From positions 256,001 to 320,000 of the IMG/VR virus record IMGVR_UViG_3300036987_000310: a stretch of DNA of 64,000 nt. One strand, written 5' to 3'. The translations under genes were made by a program, and so were the position numbers. Positions 46,702 to 55,165 of this stretch are shown here, in pieces; position 1 is the stretch's first letter, and each line of letters opens with the position of its first letter. A model generated the notes under the pieces. That model searched no databases. It had not been told where the DNA came from and worked only from the letters and a program-made list of their open reading frames with translations. The stretch is from a virus (lineage: Duplodnaviria > Caudoviricetes).

Positions 46702-47150
46702 AGAAAGTTGCAAGACCCAACACAGAGGTTATCTTTGGTGATTTCGACACCGCTGAAGAAGTCACGTCAAAGCTCATTCCGAAGTATCACCCGGAACTCT
46801 CTACCGCCGCTTTCAAGTATATCTGCAGGAGCAAGTCTTCTAAAAAAGGAGGCAAGCCGGTAGCCGGAAACGTGTACAAGATGAGCGGGAAGTTCAAGCA
46901 TCTTGTCGGAGCTGACTTTGTTCTTGAGATTGCTCTTGACTGTTGGAACGGTCTTGAACCAAATCAGAGGATCGCTCTGGTTGACCATCTTTTGTCAAGG
47001 TGTGTTGGCGAGGAGGACGAACAAAATGGAGAGATGAAGTGGAAGATTCGTCCTCCAGAGGTTCAGGAGTTTCCGGAGGTGGCCGAACGCCATGGGCAAT
47101 GGAACGATGGCCTGATTGAGATGTCGAAGTGTCTCATTGCAAAGGGATGA
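46698..47150 (+). CDS. phage metallopeptidase-like protein (degenerate)
   Basis: G.PVAG, DFVLEI, QRIALVDH, EFPEV.ERHG.W; HELxH appears as HLLSR. Confidence 0.65.
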   Translation: MKKVARPNTEVIFGDFDTAEEVTSKLIPKYHPELSTAAFKYICRSKSSKKGGKPVAGNVYKMSGKFKHLVGADFVLEIALDCWNGLEPNQRIALVDHLLSRCVGEEDEQNGEMKWKIRPPEVQEFPEVAERHGQWNDGLIEMSKCLIAKG

Positions 47151-47195
47151 GGCACTGTTTCGGGGAACACGCGGTCGATATGGTGGAGTGGAGAA

Positions 47196-48530
47196 ATGGT
47201 TTCTAGACTAGATCTGAAGTATAGGCCGCGCAAGTTTTCCGACGTTCTTGGGAATGAAGGGGTCGTACACCTTCTTTTGAAGCGCAGTTTGACTGGGACT
47301 CTGACTGATCAGTCCATGCTTTTTGGGGGTCCGAAAGGGACTGGAAAAACAACGCTCGCCAGGATAGTGGCGATGGCTATTGTCTGCTCTAACAAACAAG
47401 ATGGGGAACCGTGTGGAACCTGTTTGGACTGTCAAGCAGTTTTAAACGAAACCTCAACTTGCGTTGAAGAATTGGATGCTGCGTCTCAGGGGACGGTAGA
47501 CCACATAAGAGAGATGGTTCGAGACTCTGAGTACGAGCCTGTGAATGGTATTGGAAACGTTTACATACTGGACGAGGCTCAACGTTTGAGTGCTGCGTCT
47601 CAAGACGCGATGCTCAAAGCTGTTGAGAACCGATCCATCATGGTGATAATGTGCACCACGGAGCCTCACAAGATACGTGCTCCCATTCGCTCTAGGTCCG
47701 AGGAGTACCCTGTATCTGCTCCTTCGATTGACTTAATGTCTTCGAGGCTCGCAAAAATTTGTGACGAAGAGAGCATTCAATACGACCCGAATGCGCTTAA
47801 AGCGTTATCTCAGATCTCTCAAAACTGCCCCAGAGTTTGCATTCGGGCGCTTGAAACACTTTCTGTGTCCGGTCCGATTAACATGAACAGCATCAGTAGC
47901 TTCTTTCGTTTCAGTAGCTATGAAGATGTCGACAAAGTTCTATCTCGAATTGATGAAAGTCCAAAATCCGCGATCAAGATATTTGACGATCTTGTGGACA
48001 GAGAGGGCCCTGTGTGGGTGCGGGACACTATGCTCTTGGCCATATCAAGTGGTCTAAGAGTTGACGTTGGCGCAGGGCACAATTACCCGTGTCGTATGAC
48101 TTTTTTTCAATCTCGTTTGCGTGGATGGGCAGAGTTGGCTTGTCAGCTTGGGATGATGGAAAGACCTACGGCTGCCGGGATCTTGTCGGCTTTAATCTCG
48201 ACAAAAAAAGCTTTTTGCGTATCGGCTCCGATTTTGCAAGTTCCAACTGCTCCAATTGCTCCAACTTCAACGATTCCTGTGACTTCTGTTGCTCCAGCCT
48301 CACAGTCTTCGCAAACGGTGAAAGTCGCGGTGGAAGACGAAGACCAACTTGAGGTTGACGGGGTCAAATTTTCAACCAAAGAAAGTCTGACCACTTTGGA
48401 CTCCAAAATCGAAGCAAGACAAAGTGTCGACTCTACCAATGAGGTATCGGTAAGCGTAGAGTACCGATCAGACATGGAGCCTATGTCTGATCGGGAGTTT
48501 GCTCGTGGATTTATTGACAGAATCAAATAA
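47196..48530 (+). CDS. dnaX: DNA polymerase III gamma/tau clamp-loader ATPase
   Basis: KYRP..F.DVLG, GPKGTGKT, PCGTC.DC, ELDAAS, ILDEAQ, TTEP, IRSR. Confidence 0.93.
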   Translation: MVSRLDLKYRPRKFSDVLGNEGVVHLLLKRSLTGTLTDQSMLFGGPKGTGKTTLARIVAMAIVCSNKQDGEPCGTCLDCQAVLNETSTCVEELDAASQGTVDHIREMVRDSEYEPVNGIGNVYILDEAQRLSAASQDAMLKAVENRSIMVIMCTTEPHKIRAPIRSRSEEYPVSAPSIDLMSSRLAKICDEESIQYDPNALKALSQISQNCPRVCIRALETLSVSGPINMNSISSFFRFSSYEDVDKVLSRIDESPKSAIKIFDDLVDREGPVWVRDTMLLAISSGLRVDVGAGHNYPCRMTFFQSRLRGWAELACQLGMMERPTAAGILSALISTKKAFCVSAPILQVPTAPIAPTSTIPVTSVAPASQSSQTVKVAVEDEDQLEVDGVKFSTKESLTTLDSKIEARQSVDSTNEVSVSVEYRSDMEPMSDREFARGFIDRIK

Positions 48531-49038
48531 ATGGGTCGTCGTTGGCCTGTCTTCGGCTGGGGAGAAGGAGACAGACTTGAAGGCGATTTCGTCTGCCGTG
48601 CGCCGCATTTTGGGACGGGATTTAAAAGTGTTTGTCCCAGCGGTTTCAAAACAAGCTAGGGACGATTCGCATACCTTGTTTTATATGGATGGTTACATAT
48701 TTGTGGAGCACAGGGATGGGATTCCATACGTAAAGCTTCAGGACACGACTTATTTCAGTCAAGTGTTGTGCTCTAAACGCGGGGGGCGTGTAGAATACTC
48801 GCTTGTCGGGGACGATGTGTTGGCCCCTCTAAGGGAAGGCGTCAAAGATCTTGGAACGTGCAAATTCTCGGTAAACGATAAAGTGCGTGTCATAAAGGGG
48901 GACTTCAGAAACCTGCGCGGGAACGTTCGAATGGTGTATGACGGTGGAGAAGTTGTTCAGGTTGACTTCAGCCAACGTTCAAAGCCTTTGCTCATAGATT
49001 TTCCTGTAATATACCTTCAGAAAGTTCCAGATGAATAA
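48499..49038 (+). CDS. nusG: NusG-family transcription factor (NGN + KOW)
   Basis: KWVVV...VFVP...GYIFVE (NGN); FSVNDKVRVIKGDFRNLRG (KOW). Confidence 0.75.
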   Translation: MLVDLLTESNKWVVVGLSSAGEKETDLKAISSAVRRILGRDLKVFVPAVSKQARDDSHTLFYMDGYIFVEHRDGIPYVKLQDTTYFSQVLCSKRGGRVEYSLVGDDVLAPLREGVKDLGTCKFSVNDKVRVIKGDFRNLRGNVRMVYDGGEVVQVDFSQRSKPLLIDFPVIYLQKVPDE

Positions 49039-50026
49039 ACACATACTGATAGATGGAAACAACCTCCTACACAGAGCTTTCCACGTTTTCGTGAATACAG
49101 AAAGCTCTGTGTTTTCTTCTGATTCCGGGTACCCGACGGGAATGATTTACGGCCCCCTTAGCATGCTCGCTGATTGGATCCCGACTCTTGGGCGTTTTGA
49201 TGCCGTCCATTATTTTCAAGATGGTTTTCCTTCCCGTCGAAAGGCTATGGATCCGGATTACAAAAAACGCGAACCAGGCAGGTCCTCGCCGTCTGATTTG
49301 CCCCATCGTCCTCTCACTCTTGTCGACGGATTTGAAGCACGGAACGAAGTCGACGTACTGATGCATGTCATGCAGCTTCTCGGCGTAAAGATGTACTATG
49401 ATTCGCATGAGGAAGCTGACGATCTCATAGCTTCTTTCATAAAGTCTCGTCCCAACGATGTTCATGTGATTGTGTCGTCCGACAAAGACTTCTTTCAGCT
49501 TTTGGCAAATCCTAGAGTCGCCATATATAGGCCCGGGTCTAAAGGACCAAGGTTTCTCGATGCTGAAGAGGCTGAAAAACACTGGGCTCTTTTGAACAAG
49601 GGAAAACATCCGGTGGTGCCGACGAGATGTGTCCGTATGTTTAAAGCCCTGTGCGGCGATGCGTCTGACAACATTCCGGGAATACCGAAATTGCGAAAAA
49701 AGGTTGCTGTGGCAGCGTCCGTTGGCATGGAGAACATTGACGGTTTGGTGAAGGCCAACTGGCCCGGTTTTTCAAACCTGGAAAGACAACACGCCCAAGA
49801 ACTGGTTGATAGAGTGCGATTGAACTGGGACCTTGTCGGCTTGGTCGACAGTTTAGACCCGCAACCAGTTGAGTGCGCGAAGCCTGATCTTTCTTCTGCA
49901 AATGCCATTCTGAAAAGTTTGAGCATACATCTAGACACGTCGTTTTTGATCCCTGGGCAAGAACGAATGGTGACTGAAGACGTTCCCGTAAAGATCATTG
50001 ACGATGACTGGATGTCTTCCATATGA
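49031..50026 (+). CDS. 5'-3' exonuclease / flap endonuclease (Pol I N-terminal-like)
   Basis: IDGNNL, R...DPDYK, EADDLI, SSDKDF.QL, GDASDNIPG. Confidence 0.93.
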   Translation: MNKHILIDGNNLLHRAFHVFVNTESSVFSSDSGYPTGMIYGPLSMLADWIPTLGRFDAVHYFQDGFPSRRKAMDPDYKKREPGRSSPSDLPHRPLTLVDGFEARNEVDVLMHVMQLLGVKMYYDSHEEADDLIASFIKSRPNDVHVIVSSDKDFFQLLANPRVAIYRPGSKGPRFLDAEEAEKHWALLNKGKHPVVPTRCVRMFKALCGDASDNIPGIPKLRKKVAVAASVGMENIDGLVKANWPGFSNLERQHAQELVDRVRLNWDLVGLVDSLDPQPVECAKPDLSSANAILKSLSIHLDTSFLIPGQERMVTEDVPVKIIDDDWMSSI

Positions 50027-50046
50027 TCTTTATGCTTTGATGTTGC

Positions 50047-50409
50047 ATGACCATTCCTGACCTGTGTGGGGCGGAAGCACTTCGGGCTGTCATTTCATAC
50101 TGGGGCAAGCACGCCGATTTTTCGAACGAGTTTGAGATGCTGGAAGCTGCAAACTCCGTCGGCTTCGTTGGATTTTATGACGAGGCCGACATAAAATCCC
50201 TGTGTCAGTATTTGGACTCAGGGCTTCCTGTGATTGCTGATCTTATTGAGAACGAAAGGTATTCTGTGATCGTGGGCATGGACGACGTGCACACGTATGT
50301 CGTCGATTCTAAGACGGAGCCGCGATATGCGAAAATTCTTACAAGCGTTTTTAACGAAAACTTTGAAGCGCGACGACTAATCATAATCGCTCCTGAAAAA
50401 ATTGTTTAA
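50047..50409 (+). CDS. C39 peptidase-like protein
   Basis: CGAEAL..VISYWG; LPVI; YSVIVG; YVVDS. Confidence 0.6.
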   Translation: MTIPDLCGAEALRAVISYWGKHADFSNEFEMLEAANSVGFVGFYDEADIKSLCQYLDSGLPVIADLIENERYSVIVGMDDVHTYVVDSKTEPRYAKILTSVFNENFEARRLIIIAPEKIV

Positions 50410-50448
50410 CAACTTCATATGTCCTGTCTGGTAGTGTAACACAGGCGG

Positions 50449-50549
50449 TCTCGCTGCGCGGGTCCCGGCCACCCTATACGCATACAAAAATACGTAGACA
50501 TCTCCCACATACGCATATCGATACCGACACAACCAGGCCGGGACGAAAG
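50449..50549 (+). promoter_or_regulatory. structured 5' leader of sigma-like gene
   Basis: 9-bp stem gtcccggcc (50462-50470) / ggccgggac (50536-50544) closing an A/C-rich loop with 5 ATAC copies; AGTGTAAC at 50433-50440. Confidence 0.5.
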
Positions 50550-51326
50550 ATGTCGAACTATATTATTGTGCAGGATCCGCGTGACTTGTCTACCAGATTC
50601 AGCAACAAGGACCGTTTAGGGTGGGACGGCCAAGAGCTCGACATAGACGAGCTTATTGAACAAAATTTGGCCCCACAGATGGAGGAGGTTTTCGATAGCG
50701 GAAATGCTCCGGATTTTAGCTTGATAGAAAGATATTTGGACAGAATTCCGGACAGGGAAGCTGACCTGATCACTTTATACTATCGCGACAGAATGAAGCA
50801 AGAGCAGATAGCCAAGCTCTTTCACATAACGCAGGCAGCCGTATCTTATAGGCTCCATCGTGGCATTCGACGCATACAGTTTTTGCGAACTATTCCAGAG
50901 TTGGTCTTTGACCAATTTGAACTTGAACTTGGGCCGAAGTTCACAGATCAAGACCGTGAGATCTTATGGCGCATGTACGAAACTACATGCCAATCAGAAA
51001 TCGCAAAACAAATGAACCTGACTCAAGGAAGAGTTCGACACAGGTTCTTCAGATCTCTTGTGAAAATCAAAGAGCTCATTCATGAGGATGCCATGAAAGA
51101 GCGCATTCATCTTCAAATGCAGTTGAAGAAGAGCGGCATTGAAGAGTCCGATGAAACGCGCAAAGAAGTTGATGACGCCGTGAACGAGGCGATCAATTGT
51201 TCTAGGTATGCAAAATATTGGACCGTGTTTTTCGCCATATCAGACAAGCATTTCAACATCTTACACGAGGTCTCGCTCCCTCAGTTTATGGACCGCGGCG
51301 ACGCTCAGATCATGACCATCGAATAG
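50550..51326 (+). CDS. sigma-70 region-4 tandem HTH protein
   Basis: IPDREADLITLYY..MKQEQIAKLFHITQAAVSYRLHRG and DQDREIL...QSEIAKQMNLTQGRV. Confidence 0.75.
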   Translation: MSNYIIVQDPRDLSTRFSNKDRLGWDGQELDIDELIEQNLAPQMEEVFDSGNAPDFSLIERYLDRIPDREADLITLYYRDRMKQEQIAKLFHITQAAVSYRLHRGIRRIQFLRTIPELVFDQFELELGPKFTDQDREILWRMYETTCQSEIAKQMNLTQGRVRHRFFRSLVKIKELIHEDAMKERIHLQMQLKKSGIEESDETRKEVDDAVNEAINCSRYAKYWTVFFAISDKHFNILHEVSLPQFMDRGDAQIMTIE

Positions 51327-51380
51327 ATGTAAAACTTGTCATGGTAAAGAAACTCGACAAACCTGGTGGGTTTCCAGAGT

Positions 51381-51641
51381 ATGACATTTAAAGTAAATGT
51401 TAGTTGTCTTGAAGACATGAAAGGACATACCGCCCCTGATGAAGAATGGGCAGTGTATGAGACCCAATGGGACGAACGGAAGTGCATATGCGCAAAGCGC
51501 GGAGTTCATCGTATCGAGTCTAGCTCCCAAGCTGACGGGACATATAGACTGATCGGTTATTTGGATTTGGACACCGGGGAAGTGACCTCGGGCGGTTGCA
51601 AATGCACGTTTTGCCAAAAACGGGAGCCAAACAAAGGATAA
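51381..51641 (+). CDS. small hypothetical protein
   Basis: CIC...CKC..C. Confidence 0.5.
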   Translation: MTFKVNVSCLEDMKGHTAPDEEWAVYETQWDERKCICAKRGVHRIESSSQADGTYRLIGYLDLDTGEVTSGGCKCTFCQKREPNKG

Positions 51642-51695
51642 TCTCTCGTCTCGATACGCCGAGACCGTAGCTCTTTATTCAGAGAGCTACGAACA

Positions 51696-52592
51696 ATGGA
51701 TGCTTTCCCAATTGGCGGCGGGTTCTCGTTCAGCTTGGACTCGATAGGCGGCGTTTGGAAGTGGACGGTGTCCACTTCCAACCTCCAAGGTCCCGGCCAG
51801 CTCTATCAAGTTCAAGACATTCTGACTCCATACGGACCCATGAACGTGATCGTGTCCCCGCTTCCAGGGGATGTGGTGCAAGCCATGGCGCAGTCCATTG
51901 TGAGCGTTCAGGGTCAGCTGAAGCCTTCCATGTCTTTGATTTCTTCCTCGGTCTTCACCCTTGGAATAACGGAAGGGGACCCGGGAGCCAACATTGGGAT
52001 TGTTCAAATAAGAAATGACGGGGGTTTCGGCTCGTATTTGTCTGCCAACGCCACTCCAGACGTTCCATGGTTGTCCGTTTTGACGCCAGAAATCCAGGGA
52101 ATCGCCAAGGGAGGCACTGCTTCATTCAGCATAACTCTTGTTCCTGACAGCATGCTGGCTTCACAGTCTCCTTATGTTGGACACGTCAGAATTCAAGATG
52201 TGAACGATTCGTCGTCTTTCATCACGGCGACTGTGAACGTCATCGTCATTCCGCGTCCGGCCATTAGCGTCAGCACGCAAAACGTTTCGTTTACCTGGTC
52301 GTACCTGACTCCTGCTTCCTCCGCTCAATACGTTGTTGTCACAAATTCCGGTCCTGGAACATCAAATCTTGAGTTTTCTACTTTAAAGGTTTCGAGCGCT
52401 GCGTGGCTCTCCATATCTCCAGCATCTGCGGGCCCTCTTGCTGCCGGGGAGTCTGAAAATCTTATTTTGTCTATTGTGTCTTCGTCTGTTCCAACCGTTG
52501 TTGGAACATACTCGGAGACAGTTAGAGTAACGTCTGCGAATGCTTCAAACTCTCCGGTCGATGTGCTCGTGACTTTGACAGTAACCCCCTAA
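51696..52592 (+). CDS. BACON/Ig-like repeat virion protein
   Basis: two ...WLS...L..G.S..I.....G.Y...VRI...V.VT.TV repeats; S/T/V-rich. Confidence 0.75.
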   Translation: MDAFPIGGGFSFSLDSIGGVWKWTVSTSNLQGPGQLYQVQDILTPYGPMNVIVSPLPGDVVQAMAQSIVSVQGQLKPSMSLISSSVFTLGITEGDPGANIGIVQIRNDGGFGSYLSANATPDVPWLSVLTPEIQGIAKGGTASFSITLVPDSMLASQSPYVGHVRIQDVNDSSSFITATVNVIVIPRPAISVSTQNVSFTWSYLTPASSAQYVVVTNSGPGTSNLEFSTLKVSSAAWLSISPASAGPLAAGESENLILSIVSSSVPTVVGTYSETVRVTSANASNSPVDVLVTLTVTP

Positions 52593-52713
52593 TGAAAGTG
52601 ATTTTTGCTCGGTAGAGACTCTTCATGAGCTCTGCTGAACCATTCAAATTCACGATCTAATGCCACACACATTGAATAGACTTGTTGTCAGACCCGTTAT
52701 GTCGAGGTAGCTC

Positions 52714-52971
52714 ATGAGTATTCTGAAAATCGAAGACATTAGATTTTCGTCAAGTTCTATCGATGAGTTCTTTTCTGATTTGCCGGTGCTGAAGACTGCC
52801 TCCGGAAAAGTTCGGATATCTGGACTGAACCGTCTTGCCGGGTTCGAGATGTTGTCTGACGATAAGCTTGTGAGAGTTTCTCAAAAGGATTTTTGGCGTC
52901 TAGGGCAAGACGACGAGGGGTATTTCATCGAGAGACTTGTAAACGACGATGACGGGCCAGTTAAAGGGTGA
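52714..52971 (+). CDS. putative virion structural protein
   Basis: GAGG SD; KTAS motif; start of head module. Confidence 0.55.
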   Translation: MSILKIEDIRFSSSSIDEFFSDLPVLKTASGKVRISGLNRLAGFEMLSDDKLVRVSQKDFWRLGQDDEGYFIERLVNDDDGPVKG

Positions 52972-53054
52972 AAAACAAATAAACATGTCATAATGAAGAG
53001 TGGGCGCGTGGGGGCTGAACTCGTCGCTTAAACTCATTATGACACGTCGTGTTC

Positions 53055-54188
53055 ATGGCTGATTTTGAAGCTGTAGCACGAAGAGTGGCGTCGATCGGAA
53101 AGGTCCGCACTGCCGGCAAAATCGAATTCGTCAAGGACCAAGGTCCCGTTAGACGCGATGTCCGCGTCAAAGGGTACAAATGGTCATCCGATGCTCTTCG
53201 TGACTTGGCAAAAATTCTATGGGCTGGACAAAGAGCACATAGCTACGCCATGGCTGCATTTCGCATCTTCTCGAAGATGCCGTCGTCAGAATTCAGTCCT
53301 GACGGACTTTTGGGTGGGAGAGGATACATCCAGTCTATTAAAGACATGCGATCTGGGTTGTCAAACGCTGTCGAAGTTCTGTCGACATTTACTGACACCA
53401 TTCACGACGAAGTGAACGCCGATCATTGGAACCCGGTCGAAAAAGAAGCCGAAATTGACGATATTGTTGCGGATGCCGGAGCTGTGAAAGAAAATCCGGA
53501 AACCTTTGTGGAGGGGCAGTTTGAGAAGGGCGGGGAAGAGGACCCGCTCGTGAATCCTATGGCTGAGAACCCTGAAGTGTCTGAAGACGAAGACCAGGAC
53601 GACCAGGACGATGAAGACCCCGGGTCTCAGCTTCCTCCCGACGTTCCAAGAACCTCGTCGGATGTTCTATACGACAGATACTCTATTGCTTTCGACAACA
53701 TGCTTCGGGCTCGAGTCGCTAGCTCCAGAATGTCAGGAGGAGCGTTAGACGAGCTTTTAGTTCCGGGCATGGAGCCGACGATAACAGATAGAGATTTGGG
53801 TGGCCCCAGAGCTTTTCCGCTTGGCCCAGCTGAGGGTGGAGAATTCGGAAATTTTGAAGATCCAGAATGCCCGTCAAATCTTGATGACACTTCCATGGAA
53901 GAGCAAGAACTTTTGCTTGACAATGGGTTGTTCCTTCCGTCGCTGCTTCAGGGCGGCGATGGAGACGATTTTCGTCTTTCCAGAACTTCTGCAAATCTTC
54001 CCGAGAGCTATTCGTGGCTCCCTGGTTCAGACAACTGCAAAAGCATGAACTGGTATGGGCTCGGGGTAACCGAAGCTGACATGGAATGGATGAAGGCTAA
54101 CTCTAAGCCAAACATGCCAATGGGAATTTTGCCAGAGACTGAAGACTCCGATTCTGAGTCTCTTTGGGATGGGATTAGGATTCGGTGA
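53055..54188 (+). CDS. putative head-associated protein
   Basis: N-terminal VARRVAS and VRTAG; acidic linker; in head module. Confidence 0.6.
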   Translation: MADFEAVARRVASIGKVRTAGKIEFVKDQGPVRRDVRVKGYKWSSDALRDLAKILWAGQRAHSYAMAAFRIFSKMPSSEFSPDGLLGGRGYIQSIKDMRSGLSNAVEVLSTFTDTIHDEVNADHWNPVEKEAEIDDIVADAGAVKENPETFVEGQFEKGGEEDPLVNPMAENPEVSEDEDQDDQDDEDPGSQLPPDVPRTSSDVLYDRYSIAFDNMLRARVASSRMSGGALDELLVPGMEPTITDRDLGGPRAFPLGPAEGGEFGNFEDPECPSNLDDTSMEEQELLLDNGLFLPSLLQGGDGDDFRLSRTSANLPESYSWLPGSDNCKSMNWYGLGVTEADMEWMKANSKPNMPMGILPETEDSDSESLWDGIRIR

Positions 54189-55165
54189 TGCCTTCTCAAT
54201 TGCCCACGACTGACACCATGGGCCGAAAGGTCAAAGACTTCGGAGTGGGCACGTATGACTCTCCTGTTCAATCAGAATATAACGCAGAAGGCGATTTTGA
54301 AACCATGGGGGAATCTCTTCCAATTAAAAGAGACCCGAGAGATGATGGGGATGAAATTATTGGGGACGCATATGCGCCAACCTCTGACATAAGCAAGACT
54401 GGTGCTGCGGAGCTTCCTGGCGATCTAGGGCGTCCGCCAAAACAACGCAAAAAGCCAGAAGACAGCGTTATTCTTGCCCCGATAGAATCCGTTGCTCAAT
54501 CTGATCTCCCAAACGATCGCAACAACCCGCCAGCTAGGTCCGATTATTATGACAGGACGAAAATAGGAGACACCATGCTCCCCGGTCCGTCAAACAACGA
54601 CCAAAGCTTGGAAAGATTTTTGGGCTCTCTTGGGAATTGGTGGTCTGGGTGGACAGAGAACGACATGGCTCAGCCAACATCATTTCCGGGAGTTGACAGT
54701 CCTCCAGAAGAAACTGACAAATACACTAGCGTTCCCATGGGAATTGCTGGACGAAAGCTGGGAAATCGCGCCATGGAAAGACAAGCCACCAATCTAGAAC
54801 TGGTTGGAACGCTGACCTCAGACTTTCTGAAGAAAAACGGAAAGAAAGGGTTGACGAGAAGGCACGTCATGGCATTTTTGCAAACAGGCGGGTATCACCA
54901 ATACCTTGCCTCCGACATCATTAGATGCCTTCAACAACGTCATAACGTTCATGTTGCAGACGTTTTGGATCAGTTTCCTGTTTCTACTAAAAAAACTGCT
55001 TCGACAAGTGAAAAAACCGCTGCTATCAGACACCTTGTCGACATCGGAAGCGCCATAGCTTCCGTAAAAACTTCTAGCCCCGTAGCGTTTGAAGTGTTGA
55101 AAAGATGCGGTAACAACATAGTTGAAAATGTTGCCGAGTTGGTGCGAGGTCTTGAAGATGACTAA
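54185..55165 (+). CDS. putative head-associated low-complexity protein
   Basis: P/D-rich N-terminus; KKTAS and EKTAA. Confidence 0.6.
   Translation: MMPSQLPTTDTMGRKVKDFGVGTYDSPVQSEYNAEGDFETMGESLPIKRDPRDDGDEIIGDAYAPTSDISKTGAAELPGDLGRPPKQRKKPEDSVILAPIESVAQSDLPNDRNNPPARSDYYDRTKIGDTMLPGPSNNDQSLERFLGSLGNWWSGWTENDMAQPTSFPGVDSPPEETDKYTSVPMGIAGRKLGNRAMERQATNLELVGTLTSDFLKKNGKKGLTRRHVMAFLQTGGYHQYLASDIIRCLQQRHNVHVADVLDQFPVSTKKTASTSEKTAAIRHLVDIGSAIASVKTSSPVAFEVLKRCGNNIVENVAELVRGLEDD

Noticed and set aside
50449-50549. Hammerhead ribozyme (stem followed by GAAA)
   Set aside because: The core CUGAnGA is absent before the stem (it reads CUGCGCG) and stems I and III cannot be formed.
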